Notes: a model not told the origin generated them from the sequence alone. A stretch of DNA of 62,994 bases, filler included, from Sphacelaria rigidula (GCA_964200075.2; 4 parts of 4 records of this genome joined end to end with filler, not necessarily neighbours in it); one strand, 5' to 3'; counted from the first letter of the whole stretch, positions 23,016 through 36,400 are shown. Made by a program: numbers and translations.

Positions 23016-23630
23016 CCGATGATGTACGTTCTTATGCCGTTTCTGACGTTGTAATTCCGCGGGGAAACTGCTGGCGTGCGCTAGGGCAAACTGTCAGCAC
23101 TTCCCAACAAGAGTCGGTTGGTGAGAGGTTTATCGTTGTCTCGATAGGAAAGGTTCATGAGGTTGTGAGGTCCTGGTATCCCAAGCTAAGTTGCACGAGG
23201 GCTCCGTCGAACGATGGTTATCGTAGATGCGATGGCCATGTGGTTTAGTACCAATATCCCATGATTTGGCCAGAAGCGGGTGCGCTGTAATAGTGGGCTA
23301 TGCGAGAAACAATGCCACTGCTGTTGGACTGTCTGTTCATATCGTGATATACTCCAGCTTTTTCTTTCAGGTCAGGTAGGTATTCCCAGGCTCAGATGTT
23401 CGGATTTATCATGTCTGATCCAAACTTGCGGAGAACAGTGTCCTTTTGGGCTCATGACTCCCTCGTTAGCGAATGCCCTGATTCACACTATAGTAGCGGC
23501 ATGGACCGGAATATGGGGGTTATGACCAGAGGCCTCCGCAGTATGAAATATGTATACAAAAGACCAAGATGGTTTCGGATCGAGGGAAACGAAGCATATG
23601 TCACAGTACAGACGAGGAAAAGGCATGGAG

Positions 23631-24049
23631 CACGGGATCTTACAAATTTGGGATTGATCTTTCATTGGGGATGAGAAACCCGGAGAATTAAATGTTCATA
23701 TCGACACCAAATCTTCGAAATGTAGTTCCATTTCTTCACCTACCGAAAGCTATTGACAACTGCTACACGCCACGGGAATTTGCATTTCGATCACCCACCG
23801 TTTGAGGTCGTAGGTGAAATACCAATTCCGGAACCATTTTGGCGTCCGTTTGGACACTCGGAAGTCCCCAGAATTGGTTCTTCCCCTAGGACCCCAAGAT
23901 CTCGGTGATCGAGATCCAAATTTGTATGGCGTGTAGCAGGTATCAAGAGCTATTAGTAGGTGAAGAAATAAAACCACATTTAGAATATTTTGTGTGAATA
24001 CAAAGATTTAAATTCTCCGGGTTTCTCATCGCCAGTTAAAGATCCGGTG
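23631..24049. mobile_element. Foldback MITE with CACGGG-type ends (family B, copy 1)
   Basis: CACGGGATCTTAC...GGGGATGAGAAACCCGGAGAATTAA vs TTAAATTCTCCGGGTTTCTCATCGCC...GATCCGGTG; similar to 25273-25710. Confidence 0.75.
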
Positions 24050-25272
24050 TTATTGCCTCGGTAGGGGCGCAGTTTTTGTTTTCCTGAGACTTCTTGCTAT
24101 AAGAGCCTCTCGATGACGAATATCTAGGCCTTGGTGTGCAGCCTCAGGGAGCCTTTGGACTGAACAGTACACGATACTACCGTGGCATAACTCGAGGCCT
24201 TTACACAAGTCCAGGCTCACCAGGGGATAGTCGACTAGTCCGCATGAGAGGGAGATGATGATTGTCCCAAAACGAGCTTGGAATCGTCTGCGTGTTTTTG
24301 GACCGAGTGATCCAGAAGGAGAGCGATCCGAGCCGAACCAGGAGAGAAGAGCGGGAGACACCCTCTTTCTGACATGCTCTCAAAGATCCAGTGAAATCCT
24401 GACGAAAACCCTGGTTTCATCAGACCCGTGGAACTCAACACAGCAATTCTTTACGAAATGATCTCGGAATTATCAACGAGCTACCCTCCATCTCATTTCC
24501 ACGTGCACAGTGACCCACAGAGCTTGGAGTCTCATAATCTAAATCTGCCAATCAAGCCCTGCCGCGCACTAAACAGAAACCGTTTCATCTGGTACAGACT
24601 CAACTAGTTCGCCGGCAGCGCTCGGCCCATTTTCTCGACATTGCTTCTCGCGAGATCCCTGAATGTCTTCGGCAGTTTCAGATCCGGCGCTCAGCGTTCT
24701 GCGAAAATGAAGCGGCTTGATTTTTCTCCGGAGCTCCGCGTTAGGACAAGACTGAGTACTTGAGACAGAAGCGCAACCCTTCGAAGCGCTGGCAGGTGAG
24801 CATGCTGTGGCACTCGTAAACGTGCGAGAGTCGTCAAGAAATTTGCTAGTGACACCCTAGGCCGAGTCGTGAGGTGAAAAGCACAGTCGATTGGCGGTGT
24901 CCATCTTCTTACACGGTGTGTGGGTCGGAAGGGGTGGTGGAGCTGTTGGGATCAAGCACGATGGTCGTCGTTTGCGAACATACTTCCTCTGTCTCATAAA
25001 TTAGAATCGAGTTGGGACACAGATCGTATCCCTCTAACGGAGTTGCTCACGAAGCTTTAGTTGGTATTATAAGAAAGGTTTTTCGACAGCTAACTGGTGC
25101 AGAAAAAAGAAAATACTCCTATATGTATCTTACATTTAGGCTCCAAAAGTCCCTAAAAATGGCCAATTTTGGGATCGTAGTCGTCCACGAAAACACCATT
25201 TACACCCATCTACCTGCACACTACACCATCGACTCGCCCGTGAGTATTCCTCCGCCTCGTAGACGCGGTAAA

Positions 25273-25710
25273 CACGGGATCTTACAGATTGAGGATGGAT
25301 ATTTTATTGGGGATGAGAAACCCGGAGAATTAAAATCTTCGTATCCACACCAAATCTTCGAAATCTGGTTCCATTTGTTCATGTACAAATAGCTATTGAC
25401 AACTGCGACACGCCAAACAAATTTGAATTTCGATCACCGAAATGTTGCGGTCCTAGGTGAAAAACCAATATTGGGCAATTTCGGGTGTCCGAACGAACGC
25501 CAAAATGGTTCCGAAATTGGTTTTTCACGTAGAACCGCAACATTTCGGTATTCGAAATCCAAATTCCTATGGCGTGTAGCAGTCGTCAATAGCTATCAGT
25601 AGATGAACAAATGGAACCAGATGTAAAAGATTTGGTGTAGATACGAAGTTGTTAATTCTCCGGCTTTCTCATCCCCAACAAAAGATCCATCCCAAATTTG
25701 TAAGATCCCG
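25273..25710. mobile_element. Foldback MITE (family B, copy 2), almost entirely palindromic
   Basis: CGGGATCTTACA... / ...TGTAAGATCCCG; the arms pair imperfectly over ~200 bp. Confidence 0.8.
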
Positions 25711-27515
25711 CCTTGATAAAGAACTATCGTTGGGCCTACGTTATGCCATGGCGTTCGAGATCGCCGCGGGCATTCCGCCAGGCACGTCGAGGGCGCCCGC
25801 AGGCTTCTTGACCATCTCGTCGACGGGTACGGCGTGGGCGAACAGGTTCCTCGACGGCTTTTGAAAAAGTACAGAGAGCAGATACACGCATCTGGGGAGT
25901 TTGATCTTACTCCGACGAAAGCCGCGGCGCTGCAGAGTTTTTTTTTTTTTTCCCGACAGTTTCTTGTCCCCGGAAAAGGGGCGAAAATCGGCCATGTTCA
26001 GGCCGATTGATCTTTGTGGCCATTCGGCTACCTAGAGTGATGTGCGAATAAAAAACAAACTGGGTTTGAGTATAAGAACGCCAAATAGTTTCAAATGCAC
26101 AAAGTGGAATTGGATCCTGCTGCGGTTAAAAAATTGGCTCATCGTTTTTTGCGACTCTGGTTTTGCAACAGGATTTTTTTTATTTGATTTCCGCGACATG
26201 ATTCTTGCGAATGTGTTTTTGCCAGATGCTTCCACTTCAAAACCCCTGTTGATTTCGGTTTTCTGAGGCTAACTTTGTCAAACAGACACCAAACGCATCC
26301 TGCGTTAAGGGGTACCTGGACACAGAGCAGGTGCTGCTGCCGACGTAGTATCATCCTCCAAATCGACGTCTTGAGCGAAAAACCCCAGCGTTTGATGCCC
26401 CTGTGCAAGGAGGGAAGGTCTACAACTAGTATCATGTTCCCCAACGTACCCGACAAGGGGACAATATCCCCGTACAGACAGTAGCAATGCTAGGGGATCA
26501 GTCTGGCAGTCGGCAAGGTGGTTATGGTGGTTCCCTCTAGCGATATCAACTTACAGTTGTGCACTGGATCAGGGGTTGCAGGTGAGAGACATTACGTACG
26601 TTTACATGTGAACATGTACCAGACCCTCTTTTACATTAGAAGTGGAGATGTACCCGACCCTGCATTATATATGGAAATGTGTACCCAACCGTGGACAGAC
26701 GATTTCTACAGTCAGTACGAACACGATGTCGAAAGTGTACTGCGCACAGTCAGTGTGTTGTATGTTTGTTGCCGTCCCATCTTTTCTGGACGCCGGTCTC
26801 CACCTTTCGGCATTCGTGGGCGCACCAGCCGCGGCTGTGTTACCATACAGCTTCGTCCAAGATACAGGCAACCATTACAGCGGCGGAGGTGGCATTTCAC
26901 TCCTGCGTGCGCCACCTGGGGCAAACGCACGCTGTAGCTTCAACACGGACAGCTTTACAAAATGTGACGTTGCGACATTCAGTAGCGCGTAGCGAGGGGT
27001 GATATCCCGCGTACACGTTGGGCGCGAAACAAGCGGGTGCCTGCATAATGCTGCAAACTGGATAGGAGAACGCGAAATCAATGCAGGACGGGAAGAAAAA
27101 AGCTGTCACGTCCTACGGCGTGTTTTGTCACCCTGCACCATGCCACTGTGCAGTGAGCAGATAGTACTGCCGAACGCGTCACGCTGCGGTTGGTACGCAG
27201 TGTCGGCTCCACACCCATAGGGTAACCTCTGCATTGAAGAAAAAAAAGGCGCTGCATTAATTCAAACGCGCGAAGCGCGTTATTTTCGAGCAGCACGCGC
27301 GCTAGCGTGTGCGCGATTTTCCGTGTTACCGACATCATGCCAGCGCGCTTGTGCACTACAGCGTTGTACTCCTCTGTGGCAGCGCGTCACAGTATTGCTC
27401 ATGTTTGATCACGCTTTGATCGAAAACACGCAGAAGAGATGCCAGCGAATCCACCGTTGTTCCACTTGGAGGTGTGGTGAACCAGGGTTTCTTTCGACCT
27501 AGTACTGCACCGGTC

Positions 27516-27849
27516 GCCCCGGTGGCTCAGTTGGTGACCTCGTAAACTTTTGACGGTTGGGTCGTGGGTTTAAATTCCGGAGCGATCTGGGATTTTTTCT
27601 CAGTCCACGCCCAACAGGGGAGAGGGACTATGTCGTGGGTACGAGGAAAAGGGACTGTTGAATCCCTCTCACAATTAGAAAAAAAAGCAAGCACCGCAGA
27701 AGGAAGGTGAAGTACTGAATACAAACAAAAAATACTAGACTCTTGTGTTGACCTTCCTCCTGTGTGACCCCGGCTGATGCGCCCACATATAACGAAAGGT
27801 GTAGACTGGCGTCCAGAATAGATGGGACGAAAACACACACAACACACAC
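27516..27849 (+). mobile_element. tRNA-derived SINE
   Basis: A box TGGCTCAGTTGG (27523-27534), B-box-like GGTTTAAATTCC (27567-27578), Lys-like CTTTTGA loop, CA-rich tail; the 3' body recurs inverted at ~26750-26833 and ~47067-47222. Confidence 0.75.
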
Positions 27850-28062
27850 TGCCGCATCCTACGTGCTGTACCAAATAGTATACCGTACCAGTTCAAAAAT
27901 GGACAGGCATAATTTAAACGCCATCGACATGCTCTGATTATCCTGAACAGTGTAAGAGGCGCGGGAAGCGTAGTTTGTGTCGAGGGATGCAAGGACGCAA
28001 CCATACTGCAGTACAGGCAGTTTTTATTATTAGCATGAAACACGAGACAAAGCATTTATACT

Positions 28063-29270
28063 CGAGCTGGGCCAGCCTAGAGGCAGATTTCAAGTTTTCT
28101 GGCCCATGCTCCCGCCAATATTTAGAGTTGGATCCTAAAATTTGATGTTGAAAATGAATAGAGCATGAAAACAAGAAGGCGTCGGTACCAAAAGGTTTTT
28201 TCAATGAGTCAAGGGCATTTTGCTGATACCTTAAAACTGATTATTGCCCTCAACTTATTTGAAAAAAAACTTTTGGTACCGCCGCAATATTGTTTTCATG
28301 CCCTTTGCATTGTCCATACCAAATTTCACGCTTCAACTCTAAATATTGGCGGGAGCATGGGCCTTAAAAACTCGTGTCGGTAGAAATTCGGAACAGTATT
28401 CCGTAGGCCGCTCACCGGTTTACGTTTGTTCTTTGTGTATTGAAATTTTGTGTGGGCGCTCTCTAAGGCATAATATACAACACTCAGTGAGTCAGGTTCT
28501 TTTCAATTATAATTTCACTGATCAACGGCGTTCTAGTATGGTAAAGACCATTTATTCACGAGAACGCCCTAACCTCTATGAAAGAAAATATGAAAATGAA
28601 AGCTCCTTCTTAATCTATTCGGCACATTTTTGTGGTCCTCCATGCTAACTTTCAAATCACAATTCTAAAAGTTGGGCCAAAACATTGAGATAAGGCCCGG
28701 GAGCAACATCCATTTCTCCTCCAAACTCCACTAAAAACACAAGAAAAATGGAAAAAATGGAAAAAAAGAAAACGGTAGCAAGCTGTTTTTGTTTATTTTA
28801 TTATGCACTAGCGGTTCACCACACGAAATTTTATGTAACAACCCTAAAAAACTGAGGCGCGATATCCAGATTTAGGGCATCTATAGCCTCTGCTGGTAGT
28901 ATATTGATTTTAGTGTTGAAACTTATGTGCGCCATATCTCGGGATAGATAAGAAATTAGGCGAAGGTGAGGCTATCTATCGTCTTTCCCTGCTCCAGAGA
29001 TGGGCCACACTAAAATTCGTCGTCATCCGCTGAATGCATCGATCGGGGGTTTCATGGAAATTTGAGTATGGACGACATCTCCGTTAGATATAGGAATTAC
29101 TAGACATGGAATTCAATCAAGGAGAAAGTATGGGCCCAAACCTTCAAGCAGATGGGCACCTCCCCCTTGATTAGACGATTAATACGATATGCGGGTCACG
29201 GCCAAACTCGTCTGTGTCGATGAGATATTGCTTTTAGAGCTTGAATCCGTTTTAAGGCTGGCCAAGCTCG
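28063..29270. mobile_element. Non-autonomous element, family A2 copy 2
   Basis: CGAGCTGGGCCAGCCTA ... AAGGCTGGCCAAGCTCG; colinear similarity with 17400-18575 (e.g. GATATCCAGATTTAGGGCATCTA); flanking TA degraded. Confidence 0.8.
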
Positions 29271-30027
29271 TGTAATACCTGGGCGTTTTGGTACTGAAAC
29301 GAGTCCACCAGTCCCTCCACTACCTACCGTAAGGAGAGAAATACCACGTGTACACACAAAAGAAGTTACGTGCAGACCTTCACTTAGGAGTAGAAGAGCC
29401 CAGCCGAGACCACTCCGGTTTCACCGCCGAAATCCGTGACCGCAACGTCATAAATACCGAAATTAATTGAAATTGGAAGCACCCTGGACATAGGGCAATC
29501 TATTCTACAAAAAACTAGAAGAAAACATCGGACACGATTAAGGGCGTCTGTGACAAAGTCGGTCCTAACTCATGAGACAGAGGAAGTACCCACTTTCGAA
29601 GTGAAGAGCAGAAACAACCCAGCAGCTACCTTCTTGCCTGCTTTGCTGCTACGAGTGTAGGCTACCGCACGGCCTGTAAAGTCTATCGCTGGTGGTGAAG
29701 TGAGTGTATCTGCGCATACAACTGGAAGAAAGCAAGCATGCTACAATTCAGTATCTGCACGAAATTTTCTACAGTCGGGATTTCATTTGGGTGTGCTACT
29801 GCTGCATCCCGGGAGTGCCGGTCGATCACGCCCTCGCCTTTCCAACTGCCCCCCCCCCCGCTGCACAGAGATGTCACGAGAAAGATGTTACCGTAGTTTT
29901 GAACACCATGCACGGGCAGGTGGCATCATCCTGTTCGTAATTATGCCCGCGGTGGCAAGCGAACGACGAGATCAGCACCATGACCGTAGTAATGAGGTAT
30001 CTAACAGACAGCAGATCTCGATAACTA

Positions 30028-31003
30028 GCACTATATTCGTGAGATTCAGAGTGTAGTTTCAAATTCAGAGTCAGGATTTCAAACGGAAGAACTGTTTCCT
30101 TTGTGGTCACACGGGTGGCCACTGGGGTCTATAACCTGGCCATTTTGGAACCTCGTCCACCTTTGGCAAGGTCCGCGGGTTGGGTAGACAACTGAAGAGC
30201 ATTCGCACAGTATGGACGGGATCGAAACAGAACATGTCCCAGTCTATAGGCGGGTGACTCCCCTGTAGACTGGAACATGCTTTGTTTCGAACCTGTCCAT
30301 GCTGTGTGAATGCTCTTCAGTTGTCCACCTAATCCGCGGACCTTACCAAATGTGGATAAGGTCCCAGAATGGCCAGATTACAGACCCCAGTTGCCACCCG
30401 TGCAATTCTCATGCCAAACAGTTTGCGTCACTAATCAACCAACCCGAGTAATGAACGTGCGTGTTTTCACAGCCTGCAATTTTGGTCGAGTTTGTACGCT
30501 TTTCCCCGATTTTCCCCAAATGAATGTGGTAAACACTATAGTCGTGAGATTCAGAGTGTAGTTTCAGATTCAGATTCAGGATTTCAAACGGAAGAACTGT
30601 TTTGTTTTAGGTCGATTCTTATGCGAAACAGTTCGCGTCACTAGTCAACCAACATCGCCGATCTGTAAAATCACGCACGGTCATTACTCGGGTTGGTTGA
30701 TTAGTGACGCAAACTGTTTCGCATGAGAATTGACCACAAAGAAAACAGCTCTTTCGCGTTTGAAATTCTGACTCTGAATCTGAAACTACACTCTGAATCT
30801 CACGAATATAGTGTTCACCACATTCATTTGGGGAGAATCGGAGAAAATCGTCAAAACACGCACATTCATTACTCGGGTTGGTTGATTCGTGACGCAAACT
30901 GTTTTGCATGAGAATTGACCACAAAGAAAACAGTTCTTTCGCGTTTGAAATTCTGACTCTGAATCTGGAACTACACTCTGAATCTCACGAATATAGTGTT
31001 TAC
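30028..31003. repeat. ~185-bp unit repeat: two forward copies followed by two inverted copies
   Basis: CACTATATTCGTGAGATTCAGAGTGTAGTTTC...TTTGTGGTCAATTCTCATGC...CCAACCCGAGTAATGA forward at ~30029 and ~30534, reverse complement at ~30683-31003. Confidence 0.85.
30110..30402. mobile_element. 293-bp foldback MITE with CACGGG...CCCGTG ends and a 2-bp CA target duplication
   Basis: GGTCA|CACGGGTGGC ... GCCACCCGTG|CAATTCTC interrupts the host unit GGTCAATTCTC; the arms pair along the whole length. Confidence 0.85.
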
Positions 31004-31449
31004 TATGGGCCTTTGCGAGCTGTCCTAAATTTGAGGAGTTCTCTTGGAAAACATATCTTCGATAATAATGGGCCTTAGGGGCAGGAATGGTGCTCCGTCT
31101 CGAAAGGGATGCGTGGCCAACGGTCAAACGACTAAGCGCAACAAATGAGTACAGGAGGGGTCCCGGTTTAGTGTTTGTTCCCGGTTTAGCGGTTCAAGGT
31201 TCGGCTAGCACCGTTTATTCCGGTTTGGGTTTGCATGACCGCTAAAACGGACCGTTGCTGGTTTAACGGTTATTTATTTGGCGATTTCAGCTAGAATAGC
31301 GGTTGTGTGCCCCACATACAGCGGCAGTGCAGCAACAGTTGCGGAGCCCCTGCTGTTGTAAGCACACGATACACACCTAACAGCCGATTTTCGAAAATGG
31401 GGTTGAAAAAAAAAATGAGGTTCAACTCAAAAGCCGTGCTTTCCCTGAA

Positions 31450-31549
31450 NNNNNNNNNNNNNNNNNNNNNNNNNNNNNNNNNNNNNNNNNNNNTTAATTA
31501 ATTAANNNNNNNNNNNNNNNNNNNNNNNNNNNNNNNNNNNNNNNNNNNN
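31450..31549. other. Artificial contig spacer
   Basis: N44-TTAATTAATTAA-N44. Confidence 0.98.
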
Positions 31550-31888
31550 CGGAGCACGCCGGGTTCTCGCCGGACCAGGCTCTTAATCAGAGGGGGGGGG
31601 GGCGTACTCATTCGTTGCTTGCCTTAGTCGTTTGACCATTGAATCAAAGGGGGGGAGCAACAAATTCAAAGGGGGGGGGGGGGGAAGAAACAAGAAGAGG
31701 AGAAAACACAGAGAACACATTGATACGATTGAGCCAGCAGAGTATCAAGCCTGAGCGACAAAACAGTAAAACCGACTGTGCCGCGGTAAACCTCGAACCC
31801 TGGAGCGGAGACGCTCAGGCCAAGAGCACCTGACCCCTTTTCAAGAGCCCATTCGCTGACACAAACACGAAATGGTTTTAGTCGCTCA

Positions 31889-33454
31889 CCCCCGCCGACG
31901 ATAAAAGTGGTCGGCCCGTGCAGCAGCGTGATCCAGCAGCTCTCGACGCCGGCTGACCTCCCTCTCCAGCTTCTGGTTGTTGTTCCCCCCCGATTGAAAC
32001 GAGTCTTGTTCGACAGCGGTCGACGGCCTGAGCGGTGTTCGGTGCCTTGACCGCGTGCTGAGGCAGTTTTGGTTCATGTGTCCATGTATGAACGGTGGGA
32101 CGACGGGGCCGCGCAGGTGGTGTGACTACATCAAAGACTAAAGCTTCGGACAAAACACTGTGCAGCTCGACGACACAAAAATAAGTTGGGTGCACGGGTG
32201 ATGTTTCTCTACTTTTTATGATGGTCGAGGAGCGCGTGCAAGGGCCGTCTCGACGTACCTTGCGCCGGTTGATCTCGGTAGGCTGCGGTGCACTTGACGG
32301 GGCGTAAATTATGGCATGTCGCCGTGTGTATGTGTATGTGCGTGGGTGTGTGTGTGTGTGTGTGTGGATGGATGCGTGTGACTGAGCGCAGCCTCTCGAA
32401 AAGAAGCCACTCAAAAATTCTGCACGACTGTGATATGCGTGAGAGATTACAAGCGTTGCCTCACCGTGTGGATAATGACAAGCCAACATTCAAGACGTAA
32501 GTGCGCGGCCGAGAGGATGATGACGATACTCGGAAATTTACCGGCACTAATGCACGAGCTCTAGGCGTTCAATACTTTGCGGTATGTTTTCGTGTTGATA
32601 TCATATGTACGCGATGGATCAAGCGAGCAACCGGGTGATATCCAACGGCACAAGCAGCTCTCTTTCCCCTGGAGGGTCGATTGATTGATTGATTGTCGCA
32701 CTTTAACCGACCCCCCAGGGGTCCAGCCGTGGTCCCATGATAGACGTACTCAAGAAAAAACGGAATTCAAACGCTATAAGGGAAAAAAAAGAAGAAAAAG
32801 GAACAGAAAACAATGGGAACAGGAAAAAAAGAAAAGAAAGAGGGGTCGAACAGAACGACATAGCAGACTGAATCGTGACAAAAAAAAGCAATAAAAATTC
32901 AACACGAGCAAAGCGCAGAAAAAAAAGAAATGGCCGACCTAGAGCAAGAAAGAGGGAAACAAGAGGAAAGTACAAATTAAATGAAAAAATACAATGGAAC
33001 GATGGGAAAAATAAAAAAATACAGTGGAACGATGGGAAAAAAAAGGGAAGAAGAAAAAAAGCCTAAGGGATTCATGGCAGCAGAGTAGGTGCAGACACAC
33101 ACCAGTGAGCACCACGGAGCCACCGAATAAGGACATAATCAACAACCGATATAAGAGGACAGGGTCATACCGTGATTTTCACCTTCCGTTACTCGGCCAC
33201 CCCGCCACGCTGCTCGTCCCAGGCCGTCGTTTCGGGCCGGGGGCTTGGGAGCGCGATTGATCCTGCTGCTGCTGCTGCTGTTGTTGTTGCCGCGGAGTGA
33301 TACCGCGGTGGTGGTGGTCGATTGTGTCTGTCATCTGGCGGATACGGCGAGTAAAAATCATCATAGTCGATGGTACGATCCTAAGTGGACGATGAGATAC
33401 ATTCTCCGCAAAACGACAAGAGGAAGCAAATGCACGTGAAGATTGGCACAACCG

Positions 33455-33495
<41 letters not shown>

Positions 33496-36400
33496 TTTGT
33501 TGACTGTCGTGCAATTTCGATGCTTATCAAGTACGGCTTTTGATACTCGAATCCGTAAAGCACTCCTTTGCCTTATCATGTATTTTCTATCTCCTCAATC
33601 ACCGGATCACAAGCGAAGGTAGGGTGATGATCCAAGTCAGTAGACAGAGTGCACCATTCACGGAAAGTGAAGGCTTGATACAGTGTCACGACAGAGTCGT
33701 GTGTTCGGGTTCGGTAGATAGCAATGGAGTCAATGCTTCTTTCTGCGATTCCTCCACTCACCTACATGAGGCCTGTTCTCTTTTCGGATTGGCCTACGCC
33801 GCTACCCCCCCCCCGTACGCCCCCTCCCCCCCCCCCCTCTCCCTGCCCCCCCTACTGCGCTTAATTGCTACTTTATGCTGGCTTATGTGTCTACATTTTT
33901 TCCTCGCGGAGTATCTGTAGTCGTTCTAAAAAGTGCCCTTCCACATACGACTAGATAGAAGTATCAGCATCGGCAAATCAGGTATTACAGAAGTACACGG
34001 TGACCACCATCACAAAGATCTTCCCGGACTGCCCCCCCCCCGTCTCCAACGCCGTCCGCACGGCACGCACCGACAATGAACCCGTGCCTCGCGTCAAAGC
34101 GTCTTCCTTCTCCAGCAACACACGCTTGACAGCCTCGAAGTTTCCCTGTTTTTTGTGAGACAGGGCATGCAGTGACGAACACGTCACACCAGATACAGTA
34201 CAGTTGGATTATCGGGGACGGTGACACGTACCGACACCTACCAGACATCGACTGCGTGTTGTCAACCGTTCAGCTTGTTTTGCTGTTTTGCAAGGTATAC
34301 CTCTCGCTTCAGACGCAGCCACGGACATGACCTACACGAAACGAGCAGATGAGGGTGCTATTAACAGTCGCTACAACAGTACAACGTCTCAGGATACGGA
34401 CAGGTTGACAAAGGGCGTTTACATTCCGACCTGCTTGGGACGTTGTACAATGCAGCTAAGGAATCTCCTCTAGCCACCGATGTCGCTGGAGAATATATTG
34501 TTCAGGTGTCACGCGTGCCGATTCTGGTCAGCACATTCGAGAACAAAAGGGGATTATTCCCGTTACCTCCGTGGAACCATAGCCCGAGCTCTCCACCTCG
34601 GCGCAAACCCATTCGGGGACGGGGACGGAGGATGCAGCGCAATATTTTCCTGGCACTCGCATTTCACTGAGTAACATATCCATGGATAGTGACTCGCGGT
34701 AGCATCAATACCATTCCACGGGCTGTTACACGTCTGTTATATCCGTTTATTTGCGGCACTGTAGACTTGTTACATACCTGTCTCGGGGGCAAGTTTTGAG
34801 GCCCAGAAGTTGGAGTTTTGGTTTGACGGAAACTGGAAACATCGCTGAAAATATTTCGTAGTTCGCTCCGAATATGTGGGTGTCCGTCCGTATTCGTGGG
34901 TTATTCCGAGTTTTTTTTTTCTGTCGAAAGAATCACAATGAGAGTCATGCCACCGAAGGGGGTTGCATACTTGGGCCCCTTATGATTCTCATCGAGGGAC
35001 TCCTGAAGTAAGAAGCTACGCAAGGAAAAAGGTCAGGATATTCCCGTATTAAAATTTCATTCGAGATATTTCTGGGTCTTTGGAATCCTGATCGTGGCGT
35101 GCTGTCATATATTTCGTCATTTGATTTTCGGATTTAATAAGGGCTTCTAATCATTCGAGTCAGGAGCCACCGGTTCTTTTGGTTCCTGTGCTTTTTGGGG
35201 CGGGGGCGATCCTGTCAGCGAACTCTGTTTTTTCAATCCCGGGCAGAATATGTGGTTTGATTTGATTTGATTTGATTTGATTTGATTATCGCACTTGACC
35301 TGATCCCCCAGGTAGTCATGATCAAGTCGTGGTCATTGTCCACATGATGGAGGTACCCGAGATAAAAAAAGAAACTGAAACGCTTGCAGAAGAAAAGTGA
35401 CAACAGAATAGGCAGAGCAGACACACAGAGCAGACTGAAACATGAAAAGAAAAGACAAGAAAGCAGACAAAGCCGATACCATGCAGCCGTGCAGACAGTG
35501 TGGTACACTACGCTGAACACACCCTCAAAGTGCCTACCAACACGCGTTTTTGAGTCATCATCCATTCACGGAAGCGGCGATTCGCATGTGAGATACCTGC
35601 TAAATACAAAGCGTGAGCCAAACACGGGTCAATAATGCCGACATCCGTGCCATTTCATCTGTTCACGAGCCGGAAATCAAGCACGGGAGATGCACCCGGT
35701 CAAGCAGCGGTCGAGCGGGTCCGTCGACTGGAATTTCCGATCTTGCACCTTCGCGATCCAATTTCGTAGAGTATCTGACGATATACTATCTTGTGTAGAA
35801 CACCAGTGACCCCGGCTGCTTGGGCCATATTTTTTCTCTATTATAGCTTGAATTTCTGGCAATTATTTTTTGGCTACTAACGGACCGCCTCTTGGCTGAG
35901 CAACAGTGCATGACCTGCACGCTGCAGGGAATAGCGCAGTCTGCATGCCCTACCTGCGGTGCTTGAACCCGCACGTTTGCGGGAGTCCAACTGTACGGGT
36001 TCATGACTCTCATAATGTGCACGCAGCTCGATGAGTGCATGCGCGGATGAAATATGTCGAGAGGCCATATCGTGCATATGACGTGCTATCCCTTCAGGCT
36101 TCCCGAACTGCTGTCAGTGTTTTTTTTTTTTCCCTACTTTTGTACTAGCGTTGTCCACCACAGTACATACATATTCGCGTACTTGTTTAATCGGTCTGTC
36201 CGAAGGATGGAATAGGGTGAATTCTCCTCAAAAAAGCAAAAATGTAGTGGGCATGAGTCGGGCGTCCACTGGGGTGTTCGAGATGTACACATCTCGTACT
36301 ACGGGAAGTCTGCTGCAGGAAAACAGCCACTGAGGCCGGGGCTCAGCAACTTTATCATGAAGAGATACTGACCAACTATCATTTCCCAACGATTCTTTCG

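Larger units (their letters stand above)
24983..29586. mobile_element. 4.6-kb TA-flanked Stowaway/mariner-like non-autonomous element with nested insertions
   Basis: TA|CTTCCTCTGTCTCATAAATTAG ... CTAACTCATGAGACAGAGGAAG|TA, with imperfect TIR similarity over ~50 bp; same TIR start as 43066-43660. Confidence 0.65.

Noticed and set aside
27516..27585. Functional tRNA gene
   Set aside because: Stems and T-loop are degenerate and it runs into a repeated SINE body.
14843..31449. EsV-1-7 gene nested in a NOC3 intron or functionally clustered with REV3/NOC3
   Set aside because: Separated by an artificial join between size-sorted contigs.
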